Source: Nemertoderma westbladi
Taxonomy: Eukaryota > Animalia > Xenacoelomorpha
Direction of reading: 5' to 3'
Length of the DNA: 64,000 bases
NCBI GenBank assembly: GCA_032718475.1
Contig: JAUCBJ010002448.1
Span: 1-64,000 of the forward strand
Position numbers and translations under genes: made by a program. The notes beneath the pieces were generated by a model that was given only the letters and a program-made list of their open reading frames with translations, was not told the DNA's origin and did no database searches. Shown here in pieces: positions 40,616 through 52,929 of the stretch. Every line of letters begins with the position of its first letter. Position 1 is the first letter of the stretch.

Positions 40616-41063
40616 GTTTACACCCTAATTTTTTTGGCAGTTTGGAGAACAATAATTTTTTTGACTGTATAAACCGGGCTTTGGAAACAATCCAACCCAC
40701 ACACTATGAGGTAAAACTTCCCTTCTTTGTTGCAGACGTCTGTTAGATTTACCGGCGCAAGGAAAAGCACTGACAGCAGAGAACTTATGCAATCAATAAA
40801 GTAACATAAAGGCAATCAATGGCGGCAAGTATTAAAACCTATTATTGAACAATTATTAGTAACTACCTTAGTGTAGATACCATTGTAATTTAATTATCGC
40901 TTTAAATGACATTCTTATGATTAACGGTCACAGACAGACTGCTAGCGCCTGGCTTCCAGTTATAGACAGACTGCTGGCACCTACCTACCAGTTCTACCAG
41001 TCCTACCGCTTCTACACGGGCACGGGGTCGGATCATGTCTCTAGCTGGGAGCTAGAGATCAGG

Positions 41064-41378
41064 ATGTTCGATGCTGATGAGGATCAGGATGTTCGTGATA
41101 GTTACCAAGTTGGAGATTTTGTGTGGGCCAAACTTAAGAAACGGGACAAATTTTGGCCTAGTCGAATATGTGAGCCATATGGAACGCCAAAAAGTTCTAG
41201 ACCCTACTGGGTGTTCTTTTACGGATCCAACAATTATGGGTGGGTTAGCGGAGCCATGGTTTTAAAATATGACAGGGGGGCCGATGATTACACTTCACTT
41301 ATCAATTCATCTTTGAATAAACTATTTACTAAAGGTGTTGCTGAGTTGGATGAGGAGCTTGGAAAAATCGTTACATGA
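41064..41378 (+). CDS. Stand-alone PWWP-domain protein (~104 aa from the ATG at 41064; the ORF extends up to 40917)
   Basis: YQVGDFVWAKLKKRDKFWPSRI...YWVFFYGSNNYGWV...LKY...LFTKGVAEL matches the HDGF/LEDGF/NSD-type PWWP pattern. Confidence 0.75.
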   Translation: MFDADEDQDVRDSYQVGDFVWAKLKKRDKFWPSRICEPYGTPKSSRPYWVFFYGSNNYGWVSGAMVLKYDRGADDYTSLINSSLNKLFTKGVAELDEELGKIVT

Positions 41379-42914
41379 TGGATGTTGGTTTAATTGAATT
41401 GAGTAGGATAATATTGTGTTGGTTGCTGGTTAATAGAATGCATCATTTGCCCTCACACAATCGGTTCCTTAATCAAGGCTCCACGTGCAATTTTTGTTGC
41501 AGTGCAGTTGCAGGATCTTTCACACTACAGGCGCCACTTTTCATATGGAAAACATACAGCAGTACGACCTTTATTACTCAGGCTACTTAGTGATTGGGGT
41601 GTTTTGTAGTTTACTGACTTACAGACTGGGATATATTCGTTTGTTTTTTTGGTTAGGGTTTGTTGGTCAGGCACAAGCCATAATTAAAGCAGTAATTAAA
41701 TCCTAACCCTAAGTCTTGAGGCTCTATTTTAAGAAATTCCACAAAATTTCTTAAATTTCTTATTTCTTCAATTTAATTACTGCTTTAATTAGGGTTTGGG
41801 CCGCCACTCTTGTAAACTGCGAGGCCCACAAGCGCGAGAAAAGTGGCGCCTCTAGTGGGATATCCCCAGTTACAAAAGTTGCTCGTGTGAAGGGGCCAGC
41901 AACATTTTGCAGAAACAAATTTCCGCAACAAAACTTGCTCGTGTGAGGCCAGCCTTATGTTGAGAATAAAAATGCCTGTGAAGTATTTTGGCAAGCAAAA
42001 CAGTGTTTGACAAAAGAAATCGGTGTCTATCCCCACTAAATCGATAAATGCGGTTCAGATGAGCATTATTCTTGTTTGTGAGGTAATTTTAATTAGGGGT
42101 GTATTCTTTTTAATGTCCAATATCTCTTGAAATAATCACTCTAAATCTTGATCTTAATCGATCATCGCAGTTCTAATGAGTTAATTTAATTAACCTATCG
42201 GTATCAGGTATATACCGGTACCAAAAGTGGGTCATTCAAATTTTTATATTCTTTTTATAATTTATTTTTATATTCTTTTTATAATATATTTTTATATTCT
42301 TTTAATAATTTATTTTTATACTTATGATGGATTTTATATTCATGCCAACTATTGCTATTTGGCACATTACAAACGACGTTGGTGGACCCAGTAAACATGA
42401 AGAATTTTCAGTAGGCCTAATGTTTCATTAAAATTAACTCAATAGCAGAAGTACGTATGATTATGTGAATGTTTTCAAAATTATAGGGCAAATGATGCTG
42501 ATGCACCATTTTTGTTTAGGTTAATGGTTGGTTGGTTGGGTATATTAGTTACTGGTAAAATACTTATCATCAAGTATTCACTGTCGCTATATACACCAGA
42601 TTTACCCTACTAAGTTGGTGAATTAAGAAAAATGGCAAACATGAATATCAATTATATATCACATTTATTATTATTTTATATAGTAAAGTTATCCGTTCCC
42701 CGGACGGAATCTTTGCTTATATTCCTGCACTATGGGTGGGGTTATGCCGCCGTGCGTGGGTTAAGACTGAACGGCTGTATTTTTAATTGGCTGGCAGTTT
42801 TACCAATCAAAAAGTGTCAAAATGTTACCACCGGGTGTTCTAAAAATATCCATGGTGTGGTGAGTGGTGACTTTTTCTATAACCCCGATTTGTGGTGCCA
42901 AAATTTAAAACCGG

Positions 42915-43975
42915 AATTTAATTAACACAAACCATGGTTTCATAGGTTTTAAAACCTTAGTTTGAGGGACAAACCGTGCTTTCTTAGGTTTTTAACCCTC
43001 GGTTTGAGAGAATCTACGAATTTAAACCTTGATATTAAAATTTGGAACACCATTTTATTATGGTACCTAAATATAAAACCGTAATTTAATTAACACAAAC
43101 CATGGTTTCATAGGTTTTAAAACCTTGGTTTGAGGGACAAACCGTGCTTTCTTAGGTTTTTAACCCTCGGTTTGAGAGATTCTACGAATTTAAACCTTGA
43201 TATTAAAATTTGAAACACCATTTTATTATGGTACCTAAATATAAAACCGTAATTTAATTAACACAAACCATTGTTTCATAGGTTTTAAAACCTTGGTTTG
43301 AGGGACAAACCGCGCTTTCTTAGGTTTTTAACCCTCGGTTTGAGAGATTCTACGAATTTAAACCTTGATATTAAAATTTGGAACACCATTTTAATATGGT
43401 ACCTAAATATAAAACCGTAATTTAATTAACACAAACCGTGGTTTCATAGGTTTTAAAACCTTAGTTTGAGGGACAAACCGTGCTTTCTTAGGGTTTTAAC
43501 CCTCGGTTTGAAAGATTCTACGAATTTAAACCTTGATATTAAAATTTGGAACACCATTTTATTATGGTACCTAAATATAAAACCGTAATTTAATTAACAC
43601 AAACCATGGTTTCATAGGTTTTAAAACCTTGGTTTGAGGGACAAACCGTGCTTTCTTAGGTTTTTAACTCTCAGTTTGAGAGATTCCACGAATTAAAACC
43701 TTGGTATTATAATTTGTAACCTCATTTTGTTATGGCGCCTAATTATAAAACCGTAATTTAATTAATCAAACCATGGTTTCATAGGTTTTAAAACCTTGGT
43801 TTAAGGGACAAACCAGGCTTTCATAGGTTTTTTAAACCTCGGTTTGAGAGATTAGCCACGAAATATAACCTTGGTATTTTGATTTGTAACCCCATTCTGG
43901 TATGGTACCCAAATATAAAACCTTAATTTAATTAACACAAACCATGGTTTCAGATACTTTAAAACCTTGTTTTTG
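42915..43975. repeat. Tandem repeat, 168-bp unit, ~6.5 copies
   Basis: AATTTAATTAACACAAACC at 42915, 43083, 43251, 43419 and 43587. Confidence 0.95.
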
Positions 43976-44779
43976 AGAGATTAACCACCGTTATTTGCTT
44001 GGAAAACCGTCCTTGTAGATAGGATCATAATTAATGAAACAACGGTTCTATCTGTTACTTTAACCGCCGGTTTCTTAAAATAACCCCTGGTAGTTTTGGT
44101 GTAAAAATACCCGGGATTATTTTAGAAAACCAGCGGTTTTTTTAGTTAAAACCAAGGTTTATCTTTTTCAGTGTGCTTATAGATATAGTGTGCCTGCAGA
44201 TATTAATATATAGTCTTTTAGAAGTATAGATAGGCAAGTTCTTGACAATAGGTCATATAATATTGACCCTAGATACATTTTGACATCATATTTGGATTCA
44301 GCAACCCACAAAACCATATAAACAACAATTATCATATGAATTTAGTCATGTTATTTCCTTTTGTAAACAAAAAAAGCTATTTTTGACACCCAGTTTGTCT
44401 CAATTTCAAAAGTGCCATGACACCACCATCTAGGGACATTTTTAGTCCAAAATTCCAACGAATTCGGATTCCTCATAAAAAATGGACAAAGATGCCTGGC
44501 GTTTTTCACATTTCGGAAAAGTGCTAGATTCCCCCAACCCTACTGTAAACCTTTGTAAAACTTTGTAAACCTTCTAACTAGGGATATTTAAGTCAAGTAT
44601 GACATCTTTAGTTTTACAATACTCTTCTCCTTCATTAGCCTTGTTGCGCTCGTCCTGTTTTGTCTTAAAATAATTTTCCTAAGCAGAGACTAATGAACGA
44701 CCTTTAGAACTATGCAAACTCTCGAAACTATGAGAGTAACTGCTGAGCTTATATATGGTAAATGGATACTTGTATCCAC

Positions 44780-45230
44780 TGTAAACTCGTCCAGGAACCT
44801 TGGAAACAGGCATTGGCTCGAACTCGAGTTTGATATTACTGCTCCCACGTTCTTCCTCTGGGAAAGATTCAACAAGTGCGGCAGAGTTGGATACAAACTT
44901 CTTCAGTTTAAATCCGCCACCCACTAAGCAGTCCTGTAAGTCGTGAGCTATGTTAATGGCTTGCTCCTCAGTGACACAGCTCTTTAAGCCATCATCTGCG
45001 TAAAAGTCGTGTTGGACTGTGTGTATTACATCGGCAGCAAACTTATCTGCTTGTCTCTTTGCTGTTTCTTTAAGGACAAACAGTACACCGTCCTGGCTAT
45101 CTCGGGCCCCGAAAATCCGCAGTTTCATCTGGTATGTGGTTGGCTCACCGATAGATCCTTTTTTGGATACCAAAGAAAGCGCAGACTATCGCAGTCCTCG
45201 GCCAATGCATGGACCTGATGGCTCAAACCT
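44780..45230 (-). mobile_element. Degenerate BEL/Pao RT fragment from a related, older element
   Basis: DSLRFLWYPK, YQM...FGA, DFYADDGLKS and GGFKLKKFVSNS are homologous to the RT at ~53790-54130. Confidence 0.8.
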
Positions 45231-45440
45231 GCACAGACAAGCCTGGTCTTTGTATTGGTAACTGATTCCAGCGTTATCATATTGATATAAATAAGGCATA
45301 GTGTGGACTGTGTGTGTATAGTGGCAAGATGAGTCATTGTCTCAGTGTTATCTCAGTTGATAATAATATATCATATTATTATCATATTATATGTTAGGAT
45401 GGGCTCAGTTGGCTATATTCATATTATATTCAAGATAATG

Positions 45441-46600
45441 TGTAAAAGCTTTTGCGTCATTAACCGGTTATTTTCCCTTAAAGTACTCTGTAGTTGGTTT
45501 GCCAGGCATAAAAAGGCCGTGTCCTTGCTGTACTGGTGTTTTAGAGGACATAAAAGTCATTTCTTATGTATTTGTACTGTATTTGTACTTTAGAGGACAT
45601 AATCCGCAATCTCGTGACGCGATAAGCTAGATACTCTTGAAAACAGTGTCGATACCATGATGACGGCTAACAGCTGATATTGCCACGTCGACGTTTCTTT
45701 GTTTCTTTGTTCTCTCGTTGTTCGGTTGACCAATCAGAGCGTTTGTTGTCTCTGTGTTGGAGGTGTATACAGAAACTCAGTAGTTCAGTGTTATGTTTTT
45801 GCCCAGAGCCTAAGAACCGGCTTTTGGCACCTCCGTGTTTTCAGTTTTTAGTCTTACATTAGTAGGCTTAATTATAGAACGTATATCTGTTATCACGAGC
45901 TATTCACTCATTTACTATCCATAAATTATTAATATTACTGCCTTTGCTGTTGGTTATTCGTTATATTTGTTGATGAATTATTATATCGGAATACTGATCA
46001 ATAGTCAGACACCCCACCTTCTTGATATACTAAAGGTTAGAGAGACCGGTTACAGATAAACGATTGCGACCTATGTATGTTGAGTGGTTTGAAGTGAATC
46101 TAATGCTATTTCATATGCCCAACATAAATTGTCTGTTGCTCTCTTTATACGTGACCAAATTTAGTGAAGGTCGGCAGATTAGTGTGCAGTATTGTGCAGC
46201 ATTGTGTATGAGTGTAACTGATAACAAAGCATCTCCTAAAGAATGTGCCATATACGTTAATCTATAGCCTTTTCGTTGTGACTAGTTAAAGTCATAACTC
46301 TGTTTACATATTTAGAGCGCCACGTCCTAAAGGAACTGTTAATATTTCCCGAAAGTGAATAATATTTGTCAGAGATTATATATTACGATCAGTCGAATAA
46401 TACAGTAGGCTTACACCATCAATCATTAAGCCCCGAACTCAGTCTCCCGGGTATATCCAACGGGTGAATGATTGCGCATAGACTGGCTTCGGCTAATGTA
46501 GTGTATCAAATACTCGTCATAGGCTAAAGACTATCTATCATCCAAAAGACATTCTAATTTTGGCAGGTTAAACTGTCAAAGGTCTTCAAAAGCGCAAACA
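45441..46600 (+). repeat. 5' LTR (1160 bp)
   Basis: TGTAAAAGC...GCGCAAACA. Near-identical to 60106-61255. Confidence 0.97.
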
Positions 46601-46611
46601 ATAACAGATAT
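46601..46611 (+). promoter_or_regulatory. Putative self-priming primer-binding site ATAACAGATAT
   Basis: Directly abuts the 5' LTR, lacks the TGG of a tRNA PBS, and is the exact reverse complement of LTR 45883-45893 (ATATCTGTTAT). Confidence 0.6.
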
Positions 46612-46884
46612 TGCTTCTGGATTGCGGTGTAAGCAATCTAGTCGAAAGTACCGGTCGACCGGAAACCTGTAGGCCTGACTGCCTGATCACCCGAACCGGT
46701 ACTTACAGTACAGGTACAGCAGTATTATTCGATTTTGATAATTATATACCGGTAGGCCTTAATAATTAATCAGGGACTGCAGCCCTGGTTTTTTATTGAG
46801 ATTTTACTTGTTTCTGTCAAGTTTTATTTATTTGTAGGCCAGTATTGAACAGAAGGCGTGTAAGCCTGATCATATTGTACAGAC

Positions 46885-47440
46885 AATTTGTAGGCTGGGC
46901 TGTTGTCTGATTGTTGTTATGTCTGAACGGATTGCAGTGTGTGTAGATCACCTGTCCGATAAAGAACGGTTAGGAAGTAGGGGCAGCCAAAGCTGTAAGG
47001 TAAACCCCCATCTAAAGAATAAGTCGTACTACTGGGTTAGAACGCATACTACCTAATCATTTCGGAGTCTGCATGTCCTGTAGTTTATTTAGGCTTGAGA
47101 GTAGTCTGCCATCGTTTAGTCTGTACTTTGTTTGTGTAGTCTGTACAGGTAGCGTATAATATTTATTTAGATAATTTGTAGGCTGGATAGTTGTCTGGCT
47201 GTTATTAGGTCTGAACGGATTGCAGTGTGTGTAGAGCCTCTGTCCGATAAAGAACGGTTAGCTGTAAGGTAAGGTAAACCCCCATCTAAAGAATAAGTCG
47301 TACTACTGGGTTAGAACGCATACTACCTAATCATTTCGGAGTCTGCATGTCCTGTAGTTTATTTAGGCTTGATAGTAGTCTGTCAGTGTTTGGTCTGCAT
47401 TTTGTTTGAGTGGTTTGTACGCGTAGCGTAATATTTATTA
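46885..47440 (+). repeat. ~288-bp direct duplication in the BEL 5' leader
   Basis: AATTTGTAGGCTGG at 46885 and 47173. Both copies share the AAGGTAAACCCCCATCTAAAG block. Confidence 0.85.
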
Positions 47441-48759
47441 TTCAGAGTTTATGCGATTATTCGCAACATTCATTCCCCAAGTTTGTTCCTACAATAATTG
47501 TGTTTGTTATACATACCGCTATAGTTAAATTAACCCCGGTACTACACGGGCTGCTTGGCGTAGGTAAAGACTGGTGATTTTGTGCACCGGTCACTCCAGC
47601 AGATGCCGTGGTTCTTTTAGCTGTTCAAGTATATTTAACTACTGATTATATGTTGTACAAGTACTCGTAACTAATTTAGGGTTTAGTGTACAGTGCTTTC
47701 CGAAAGTAATTAGTGTAGACATTATATTTGTGTTGTAAAGTGGTTGATAGGCACGTTCGATTAGCTCTATTAACTTCTAGGTAGGAACACTCCGTGATAC
47801 ATAACGTAGTACCTATAGCGATACGGCTATAGGTCGTCAGGCGGTGGTATTTTCTTATCTGGACAACGCAGTGTATTTACTACTACTTATTATTTTCAAA
47901 TACCTTAGTACCCTGTCCGTTGTAATAACCAGATTTCTAACCCTTTGTTAGGCTGGTTAGTAGACTTCTTGTAAAATTACCCTAAAATTTCGTATTTTGT
48001 GTTTTTTGTAAATTTTTGTGTTTATTTAGAGATTGTAATCTCAACCCGAATTGTACGTAATTTGTAGTATTAAGTAACTTAGTTAAATTAGAATTATTTG
48101 TTTTAGTGTCCAACAAGTAGCACTCTACTGAGAGCGCACTGCTTATGTGTAGTGACTCCCCAGAAATAATAACATTTATTTCAACATTGACAAAACCCAT
48201 TAAACGGGTATATATATATTATAAATCAACTCAAACGATTTATAAATAGTAGGCCTGCCATACAACAATTAGGTCTCAATATCAGTTGGACTACTGCTTA
48301 AATAACGGTAATAAAGTAAGTTAAAGTAACCAAGTAACCCTTAAAATTCAGAAATTCAATTATTCTAAAATAATTGACATACCGGTATTTACAATAGGCT
48401 TATTATATTTATTTCTATAAATTTTAGGTTGAAATCATACCGGTATTCTGTAATTAATTCTAGTCTGTAATTATACTTATATATATACATTATAGGCGTA
48501 AACTGCATACCGGTATTCACGATAGGCCTATTATATATTTATATATTTGTGCTAAAATTACCTACCGGTATTCTGTGATAAACTAGTCTGTAATAATACT
48601 TATATATACTATAAGCATACCGGTATACTAATATATTATATATCACGCTACACTGAGTAGCAGTATCGGTAATTAATTACTAGGCTAGCAGTTAACTCTG
48701 AATTACTAGACTTGCTTAAACTGTAATATAGCAGTAGGCATTCAACTGTGCAAACCAAC

Positions 48760-51700
48760 ATGTCTGATACTAAACAGAACCTGTCAGACAGTTTATTAGA
48801 TGTAACTATCTGCGACCCAGACAGAGGTGTAGAACCGTCTAGTCCTAAGTTCAGTTCACCTCCCACTGTGAGGAAGGTCATCCCTCCAGTAGTAATAACA
48901 GAACCTAGGCTGGTCCAACATCGTAGGTCTATCATAGGCACTCGAGCTCAGGTCAAGCGGGACCAAGAAGCAGCGGAACAGCAACAACCCGCGAGCCAAG
49001 AACTTATTTCTCAGCGGCCCGACAGCTCCAGTAGTGAAGATACTGTAGAACTGACACCCGAGCTCGGAGCAAGGATGACGGATGCGGTTTATTCGGATCC
49101 CCTTCTCATCCTTCCTGCAGCCGTACTCACTAGGTTATTGATCGCGGTGGAAGAACACCAGATCGATTGGGCGAGAAGTAAGCGATCAACTAAAGATCGA
49201 TATGAGGGATACACAAGGGAAGAACTGAAGTCTATGGTCGAGTCACAATGGAACTTCCCCGGACGCGGACTTCCATTTGATTTATCAGAAGCTGCCTGGG
49301 AAGACATACACCGGATGGGAGTAGCCCAGGAAACCATCGATCCAGCTGTGTGGAAGAGGTCCGCAGCTGGATACGCACAGGGATTCTTCAGCTCTATGGA
49401 GCGAGTAGAAAAACAAATGTTTCAACAACCAAAGGGACCTCAAGAGCAGGGACAACTGCTTTATCAAGTTAGAGAAAGAATTCTGCGAATCAGGCTAATA
49501 TTATCAGCCTTTGAAGAGGCTTCTAAAAGAAGACAAGACACGTCGTTGCAAGTTGCCGTAAAGACTTGGTTTCAACGGGTGAGTCGCCAGGTTCAAGGAA
49601 CAGCTCAGTGGAAAGCTCAGCTGGAGGAGCGCTCAACCCATGGAGAATCAACGGACGCTACTTTTTCCCAAGTGGAAAGTGAAGCGACGGCAGAGAAACC
49701 GCATAAGAGGGATGCCATTGACATCTATCTGTCAGACTATCAGCGTTTTTTGGGAGATGAAGAGTTGAGGAGAAGGTTAGCGGGACTTAGTCCTAATAGT
49801 GAAGGAGCCCAGCGTGTGTTGGATGCAATTGATGTGGATAGGTTAGCGGCGAACCAAGCTAAATTCGATGAACAACTCCGCATCGCTAGAGACCAAGAAG
49901 AAAAAGTAAGGAAAAAACGTATAGAAGACAGAAAGATAGCAGCAGTGGCAGAGGCAGAAAGAAAAGCGACCTTGGCAGGAGCAGCGGCAGAGGCAAAAGC
50001 GGCAGCAGCAGAAGCAGCGGCAGAGGCAAAAGCGGCAGCAGCGGCAGCGGCAGAGGCAAAAGCGGCAGCGGTGGCGGAAGCAGAACGGAGAGCGGCTGAA
50101 GAGATCGCCCAACTGGAGTTGGAAAATCTTCAAGAGAAGCAAGACGACTTCAGTAAACAGTTAACAGCTAGTAATATGCAGATGATGAATCGATCTACTC
50201 CCAAAAGACAGGGTTATACATCATCTGAGGAAGGCGATACCACCGACACTGAAGGCGGAGGAAATCGATCTCGCCTAAGCAGACGTAAAAGAACATTCCA
50301 CCGTCAGAAATTGCCTGATTTGCCTCCAGCTGTTAGAAGGCAACTAAATAACACCAACTTAGCGAGTACAGAACCCACAGATCAAATAATTACAATAGAG
50401 AGACTCCCTACTATAGTAGATGAGCCTGAAATAATTAGGCCTGTTCCCGAAGCTACCCTTTCGGTCGTAGAGACACCTGTACTCCCTGAACCTACCTCTC
50501 AATTCCCGTTGCACAGCACTAAGCTACCTGTGCCCAGCAGAACAGCCCATGAGACAGTTCATGCTCTAGACTCCGAGCGAAATATTCATGATTTGTCGCC
50601 CGTTGTCCCTCGTCCGCCCGCTACAACGTTGGCGGATCCCGTTTCGGCGGTTGATTGGGTGGACGAGAGACGGCGGGGGATGGACATTCTCCTCGGAAAG
50701 ATGGAGGAGAATCAAATGCGCTCCTCCCAACAGGTCCGAGAGTTAGAAGGGACTGTTCAACAGTTAAAGGGAACCGTAAAGGAAAGTAGGTTAGAGTTGC
50801 AGGAAGTGCAGCAAAATATCGCGCTAGAACGTGATAAATTAGTAAATTTACAAAAGGGTATACCACCACCCCTTGTAACAATGTGTCAACCTGTTAGGTC
50901 TGAAGTATCTCATGCGCAAGGTGTGGAGCCTACACGCATCTATACTGCTAGCGAAGTAGAAACTCCTATAGTGAACCCTATTAAGGGTAATTATAGACCT
51001 GTTGATAATGATATTCCCTATAGACCGGATCATAATCCGAGAAATTTATATACCGATAACTCGATATTAAATAACACGATGGGCCAAGAAAGTCTTACGC
51101 GTCAAATGGCTAGAACCGAAGCCCGGCAAGCGGTAAAGGTGGGAGAGATCGTCAAGTTCAATGGAGATGAGATGAAATGGTTACCTTTTAATGAATATTA
51201 CAAAGATAACATACAGAACTCTGTCCTATCTAATGGAGAGAAACTTAGATTCCTCATCGAGTGCTTGGAAGGATCTCCCAAGTTAATGGCGTTAAAGTTT
51301 ATTGGACATCCAGACGGATTAAGACAAGTTTGGGATACACTAAACATCAGGTATGGTAATAGGAATAACATAGCTGGGTATTTGTATGCAAAGTTGGTAG
51401 CGCCCCGAAAGTTTATTAGCAGCGGAATTATAGAGTTTTCCGATGAGATTCAGGAGATCTGTAGACAATTAGATTGGCTAGGTAAGTCTCATGAGTATCA
51501 GAATGCTATGGTTATTAGAGCAGTGGCTTCTACTTTACCGAAGGGTGGAGTAGGTACACGCTGGGATAAGAAAGTGTTATATATGATGGAACAACAACGA
51601 CGAGACCCTACCATGGCTGATCTCATGACATTCCTAGATGGAGAAGTGAAATTACAGCTCCTGAAACTGTCCAGAGAGAAGACACCAGAAAACAAGGTAA

Positions 51701-52929
51701 GTGAAAAACCCGTCTCTAGGAGAAAGGTAACACCAGTGTGTTATACAGACGACGGCGAAAGCCAGACTTCTCAAGGAGAAGATAGCGGGAAAGACACTGA
51801 TAGATCTTATTACGTAAATAAAATGCCTAAAGATCAGGTAAGTAAATTCAAGTCTCGAACAAATGACAGGAGAGAACAGGTCAGAAAAACTCCTCCTACG
51901 TCTCCCAAGAGAATTCAGGTGAGAAAGCCCGAAGAAAAAGCAAGTGTACACAATGTGACTCAGATTAAGGTGAGTAACATCAAACCGAAATGTGCGCTAT
52001 GTGACGGGACCCATCGCTTAAATATGTGTGATGAATTTCTAAAGAAATCATTAACTGAGAGACGTGAAGTCATGTGGGATAAGCGGTTATGTTATAATTG
52101 CCTCAGACAAGGACACCAACGGCGAACCTGTTACTCGGACATAAGGTGTGCAAAGTGTGGTGCGAAACATCATATCTTGTTGCACGCTGAATTCGAGCGA
52201 AATAGTCCGAATCAGGTAAGTGATTCCGAACTACATGTCCAATTCAGTGATGTGAACGACACTGATCAATCTGAGATGGAAGGATTCTATACGGACGAGT
52301 TCTCCGACGAAAACGAATCCTGTTACATGATAAATACCGCAGTGTATCGAGCACTCACATATGAAAAAGATACAGACAGTGACCTCACTCTAACTACTTC
52401 TGATCGACAACCATCTTGGAAAGAGCCATCTTCCAATGTAGGGATCCGAGAGTTTCCTGTGGTGCAGGTAAGGGTTCACGGACCTAAAAGGAGTTATGTA
52501 GTGAACGCCCTCCTTGACTCCGGTAGTACAGGAACATTCATCGATAAAGAGCTAGCCAAAGACATATTTGCTGGACAACCCAAGTTCCGAACTAAGCTAA
52601 ACATGTCAGGCATTATGCAAGTTTGGAAATCTACAGTAACAGCGGATTATTATGTAGGCGCGTTGTCCACCCCCCAGGACGAACTAGGAGAACATAGCAT
52701 AAGGTCAGTGAAAATGGTGGCTATAAAGAACTTCGCTACTACTCAAGCAGACCTTTATAATTGGGACGAGGATGAGAACATCCAACATCTTAACATACCT
52801 CGATTCCAGACTGATTATCCTGGAGTGCAAATACTCATCGGCCAAAACGCGCATGAGGCGCTGGAGACATTAGAGAAACGGCCTGCTCAACCGCAGCCAC
52901 TACAGACCTATGCGGTAAGAACTAACTAG
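48760..52929 (+). CDS. gag: BEL/Pao Gag + aspartic protease (ends at a frameshift)
   Basis: KFNGDEMKWLPF...LSNGEKLRFL (BEL Gag domain). Three Cys/His knuckles: CALCDGTHRLNMC, CYNCLRQGHQRRTC and CAKCGAKHHILLH. Protease motif LLDSGS. Long N-terminal coiled-coil, Ala-rich extension. Confidence 0.92.
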   Translation: MSDTKQNLSDSLLDVTICDPDRGVEPSSPKFSSPPTVRKVIPPVVITEPRLVQHRRSIIGTRAQVKRDQEAAEQQQPASQELISQRPDSSSSEDTVELTPELGARMTDAVYSDPLLILPAAVLTRLLIAVEEHQIDWARSKRSTKDRYEGYTREELKSMVESQWNFPGRGLPFDLSEAAWEDIHRMGVAQETIDPAVWKRSAAGYAQGFFSSMERVEKQMFQQPKGPQEQGQLLYQVRERILRIRLILSAFEEASKRRQDTSLQVAVKTWFQRVSRQVQGTAQWKAQLEERSTHGESTDATFSQVESEATAEKPHKRDAIDIYLSDYQRFLGDEELRRRLAGLSPNSEGAQRVLDAIDVDRLAANQAKFDEQLRIARDQEEKVRKKRIEDRKIAAVAEAERKATLAGAAAEAKAAAAEAAAEAKAAAAAAAEAKAAAVAEAERRAAEEIAQLELENLQEKQDDFSKQLTASNMQMMNRSTPKRQGYTSSEEGDTTDTEGGGNRSRLSRRKRTFHRQKLPDLPPAVRRQLNNTNLASTEPTDQIITIERLPTIVDEPEIIRPVPEATLSVVETPVLPEPTSQFPLHSTKLPVPSRTAHETVHALDSERNIHDLSPVVPRPPATTLADPVSAVDWVDERRRGMDILLGKMEENQMRSSQQVRELEGTVQQLKGTVKESRLELQEVQQNIALERDKLVNLQKGIPPPLVTMCQPVRSEVSHAQGVEPTRIYTASEVETPIVNPIKGNYRPVDNDIPYRPDHNPRNLYTDNSILNNTMGQESLTRQMARTEARQAVKVGEIVKFNGDEMKWLPFNEYYKDNIQNSVLSNGEKLRFLIECLEGSPKLMALKFIGHPDGLRQVWDTLNIRYGNRNNIAGYLYAKLVAPRKFISSGIIEFSDEIQEICRQLDWLGKSHEYQNAMVIRAVASTLPKGGVGTRWDKKVLYMMEQQRRDPTMADLMTFLDGEVKLQLLKLSREKTPENKVSEKPVSRRKVTPVCYTDDGESQTSQGEDSGKDTDRSYYVNKMPKDQVSKFKSRTNDRREQVRKTPPTSPKRIQVRKPEEKASVHNVTQIKVSNIKPKCALCDGTHRLNMCDEFLKKSLTERREVMWDKRLCYNCLRQGHQRRTCYSDIRCAKCGAKHHILLHAEFERNSPNQVSDSELHVQFSDVNDTDQSEMEGFYTDEFSDENESCYMINTAVYRALTYEKDTDSDLTLTTSDRQPSWKEPSSNVGIREFPVVQVRVHGPKRSYVVNALLDSGSTGTFIDKELAKDIFAGQPKFRTKLNMSGIMQVWKSTVTADYYVGALSTPQDELGEHSIRSVKMVAIKNFATTQADLYNWDEDENIQHLNIPRFQTDYPGVQILIGQNAHEALETLEKRPAQPQPLQTYAVRTN

